A stretch of DNA of 12,201 nucleotides from Zygophlyctis sp. KS116. Its lineage: Eukaryota > Fungi > Chytridiomycota. Made by a program: the position numbers and the translations under genes. Below the pieces are notes generated by a model. The model was given only the letters and a program-made list of their open reading frames with translations. It was not told the origin of the DNA and made no database searches. The stretch lies in contig BAAFSQ010000295.1 in the NCBI GenBank assembly GCA_054661495.1, positions 1 to 12,201 on the forward strand, given 5' to 3'. Shown here one piece after another: positions 9,328 to 12,201 of this stretch. Position 1 is the first letter of the stretch; every line of letters starts with the position of its first letter.

Positions 9328-10590
9328 TGTCTCGCATCGTATGCAGTCCAAATGAAGTTGAATATCTGAATGCGATTGAATTAAAAAATAAAAGGCTGAT
9401 GAGACTTGAACAAGTGAGTAAAATGGTTCCAATCCTTAGGTGCGACGACAGGATAAAGAAAATGCTCTTAAAAGGCGTCAAAAGTATAAGAAAATCGCAA
9501 GTCAAGAATGGGGAAACGTGCTGGAGGATTTGCAGGTATGCTACAGGTTACGCTGATACTCAAAGAGCAAATGGAACGCGAATAAACAGCAAGAACTTGA
9601 CAAGATGAATCAAATGTATAAAAATCATATGCTACATTTTGGAATGGCGATGAATTCAGCGATCAGTAGAGAAGAAGAAAAGGTATCATGCTATAAATTT
9701 TAATTTTTAAGCTGATAGAACAGGAGCAATTCCGGCAGCAGGTGGTAAATGACCAACAGAAGGAAAATGAACGATTTATCTCATCTTTAGAAACTGTAAA
9801 CTTTGCCAATACATTAAATGAATAGTTTAGAGTTTTAGATAAAGACAGGAAAAAGGAATACGTAGAAAAGCAAGCTCTTAAGGAGAAAATTATAGAAATT
9901 GAGAATGAAAGAGCCGTTAAGATGGCTGCAATTTTTAGGGCTCGTGTTAAAGCAGGAATAGCATACAATATTGAAATACCACATCATCCCGTAGGAAGTC
10001 ATAAATTTAACAGATCGGGTGGAGTTGGATACGATGAAACCTGCTATCATCGAAACTTTGTCGCAGTAAAATGTCAGAATCAGAGTAAAACGGAGAAAGT
10101 ACCAGATGCATGGGATCAGGCAGAAATCGCACAACAAGATCATAAGAAATTGATGCGTGAAAAACAGGCACAAATGAAGAAAATGCAGGAATTAAACATT
10201 CAAAGGACACAAATTGCTAAAAAGGCGCAGATCATGAATAAAACTAGAAAAATATTAGATCAAGAAATGAATGACATTATTGTAGATGACAGATTAAGAA
10301 GGAAAGCTAATGCGGGAGAGTTTGCTGGATTCTTTAGACAATTGTACTTTGATGTTGGAGAAAAGGATCTTGTAAAAAGATTTGAAACCCAATTTCAGAT
10401 TGGTATATTTTAAATATTCTTAATGTAAATAGAAGATGGAACTCAAAATCATGCACCACCTCGTCATTTCCCAGTCCGACCCAATCAAGAAAAAGAAAAA
10501 TCTTTAGAAAACAGTATTGAGATTGTGAAGGGAGAAAATGATCTTAAAGTATTGCCCGGACATACAATTTTCACATCAAATTCAAAGTAG
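9327..10590 (+). CDS. CEP295/Ana1 (DDC8-like N-terminal domain) centriolar protein homolog, about 372 aa; introns 9414-9439, 9536-9565, 9683-9711, 9796-9825, 10403-10432
   Basis: The spliced N-terminus CSPNEVEYLNAIELKNKRLMRLEQVRRQDKE resembles, from memory, human CEP295 LSPNEE...RRRKLRLLQVREQER. Later YH...PDA...A, D-x-x-RR and L-x-x-x-FE blocks occur in the same order. The spliced length is 1119 nt, in frame. Confidence 0.7.
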
Positions 10591-10621
10591 CAAAAGATAT
10601 CTAAATATGTATTTAAAAATC

Positions 10622-11647
10622 TTAAAACCTAATATTTTTAATGCCATTGAAAGCAGACTTTAATGCTTTTGGGTCTGCCCAAGGTGATTGAACATAATCA
10701 TCATCATCATTTTCCATTAGTTTCTATTGTTTATATAATTCAATGCACCTTGTCCACTTCCTGCTTTCGATAATAGTATGCCATCATTTCCTTTTGCTGC
10801 TGCTCAGAAACTGGAGGCTCTCTTATCGGCGCTCCTTGACCCTTCTAATTTTGAGCGCTTTAAATACTTACTCTTTGAATTTTGATTATAAGCTTTGATT
10901 TTTCATTTTTACCAACAAAGTCTGACAATAATTTTGATCTGACCAATTCCTTTCCAGCCCACCAAAGCGTAGAATCTTCAACTGGAATAACCTCCTTGGA
11001 CGCCTATATTTATCTAAAAGTAGTATTACAGCAGTTCCCGCCAATTCTTCTTTATCCTCCAAAATATCTCTGACAGTTTCTCCTTCTGGCAAACCCTGAG
11101 GATAAGCAATCATTATAGCTCCACGAATAGTATTTATTGCATCTTGAAGACTTTCTTTAGTCATAATTTTACCGAGAGAAACTAAATCCTAACGATTATA
11201 TTTTTATTAGTACCTTTGAAATTGCAGCTTCCGCATCCATTAAAGTTTTATTTATAATATCTGCATATTCTTGACAGCATGCTTTTTTTTATTTAGAAAA
11301 GATCCTACCTTTTCCAGTTCTGCGACCGGTTGGATCAGGATTTAACAAGTAACGTACACCATCGGACACAATTTCAGTTTTTTGAGATGTCTTTTCTTGC
11401 GCCAAACTTTCAATCTGTTCTTCTGTGTATCCTTGTTCAGACAGTGGTTTCAAAGGACCAAACTCTACCAGATCTTTGGCCGCTTTCACGTTATCTAAAC
11501 AAAATAGTTACCGCTTATCAGACGCTTGATTAATAGTCTTGTATTATATAGATTGGTAATCTCTGGAACTAATTCCGCAAGAGCTACCGATGCTTTAGTC
11601 TCATGAAGCAGAATAGAGTCTTCATTCTTTTTCAAGTGAAGCAACAT
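10622..11647 (-). CDS. CFAP298: Cilia- and flagella-associated protein 298 (C21orf59/Kurly/FBB18), 288 aa; introns 11483-11511, 11282-11308, 11189-11213, 11004-11029, 10845-10871, 10724-10748
   Basis: MLLHLKK, DPTGRRTG, IRGAIMIAYPQGLP, LWWAGKEL, VGKNEKSKLIIKIQ, GAPIREPPVS, MMAYYYRKQE and DDDDYVQSPWADPKALK. Confidence 0.94.

Positions 11648-12201
<554 letters not shown>

Noticed and set aside
11495-11511. Alternative 17-nt first intron of CFAP298 (also in frame)
   Set aside because: Below the observed size range. The 29-nt version gives spacing matching known CFAP298 proteins.
664-11533. Fragmented ORFs read as pseudogenes, frameshifts or an alternative genetic code
   Set aside because: Every break coincides with a 23-35 nt GT-AG segment whose removal restores conserved sequence under the standard code. 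No stop reassignment or Sec-TGA is needed.
8644-11533. ORFs 8644-8832, 8867-9058, 9239-9505, 9663-9968, 9835-10173, 10007-10210, 10882-11073, 11330-11533
   Set aside because: Wrong-frame or antisense shadows of the RING, CEP295-like and CFAP298 genes.

Overview
AT-rich, extremely compact eukaryotic DNA, most consistent with a flagellated (zoosporic, chytrid-like) fungus. That assignment is inferred from fungal-type Hog1/Gph1 plus the cilium gene CFAP298. The fragmented ORF track resolves into 11 genes once 36 tiny GT-AG introns (23-35 nt, mean about 27) are removed by hand: DUF4598/NOPCHAP1-like (-), TFB5 (+), COX18/OXA1-family (-), p24 (+), HOG1-type MAPK (-), eIF6 (+), glycogen phosphorylase (-), a coiled-coil RING protein (+), a compact CEP295/Ana1-like protein (+), CFAP298 (-) and GAPDH (+, partial). 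A possible last exon of a 12th gene lies at the left edge. Genes alternate strand in head-to-head pairs sharing 35-219 nt promoters that all carry an ACCCT/AGGGT motif, and convergent gaps are only 0-31 nt. The single tandem pair (RING gene to CEP295-like gene) is joined by a TAATG stop/start overlap with no promoter space, a candidate eukaryotic dicistron within a small centriole/cilium gene cluster. All splicing and homology calls are manual and unverified by RNA data or database search.
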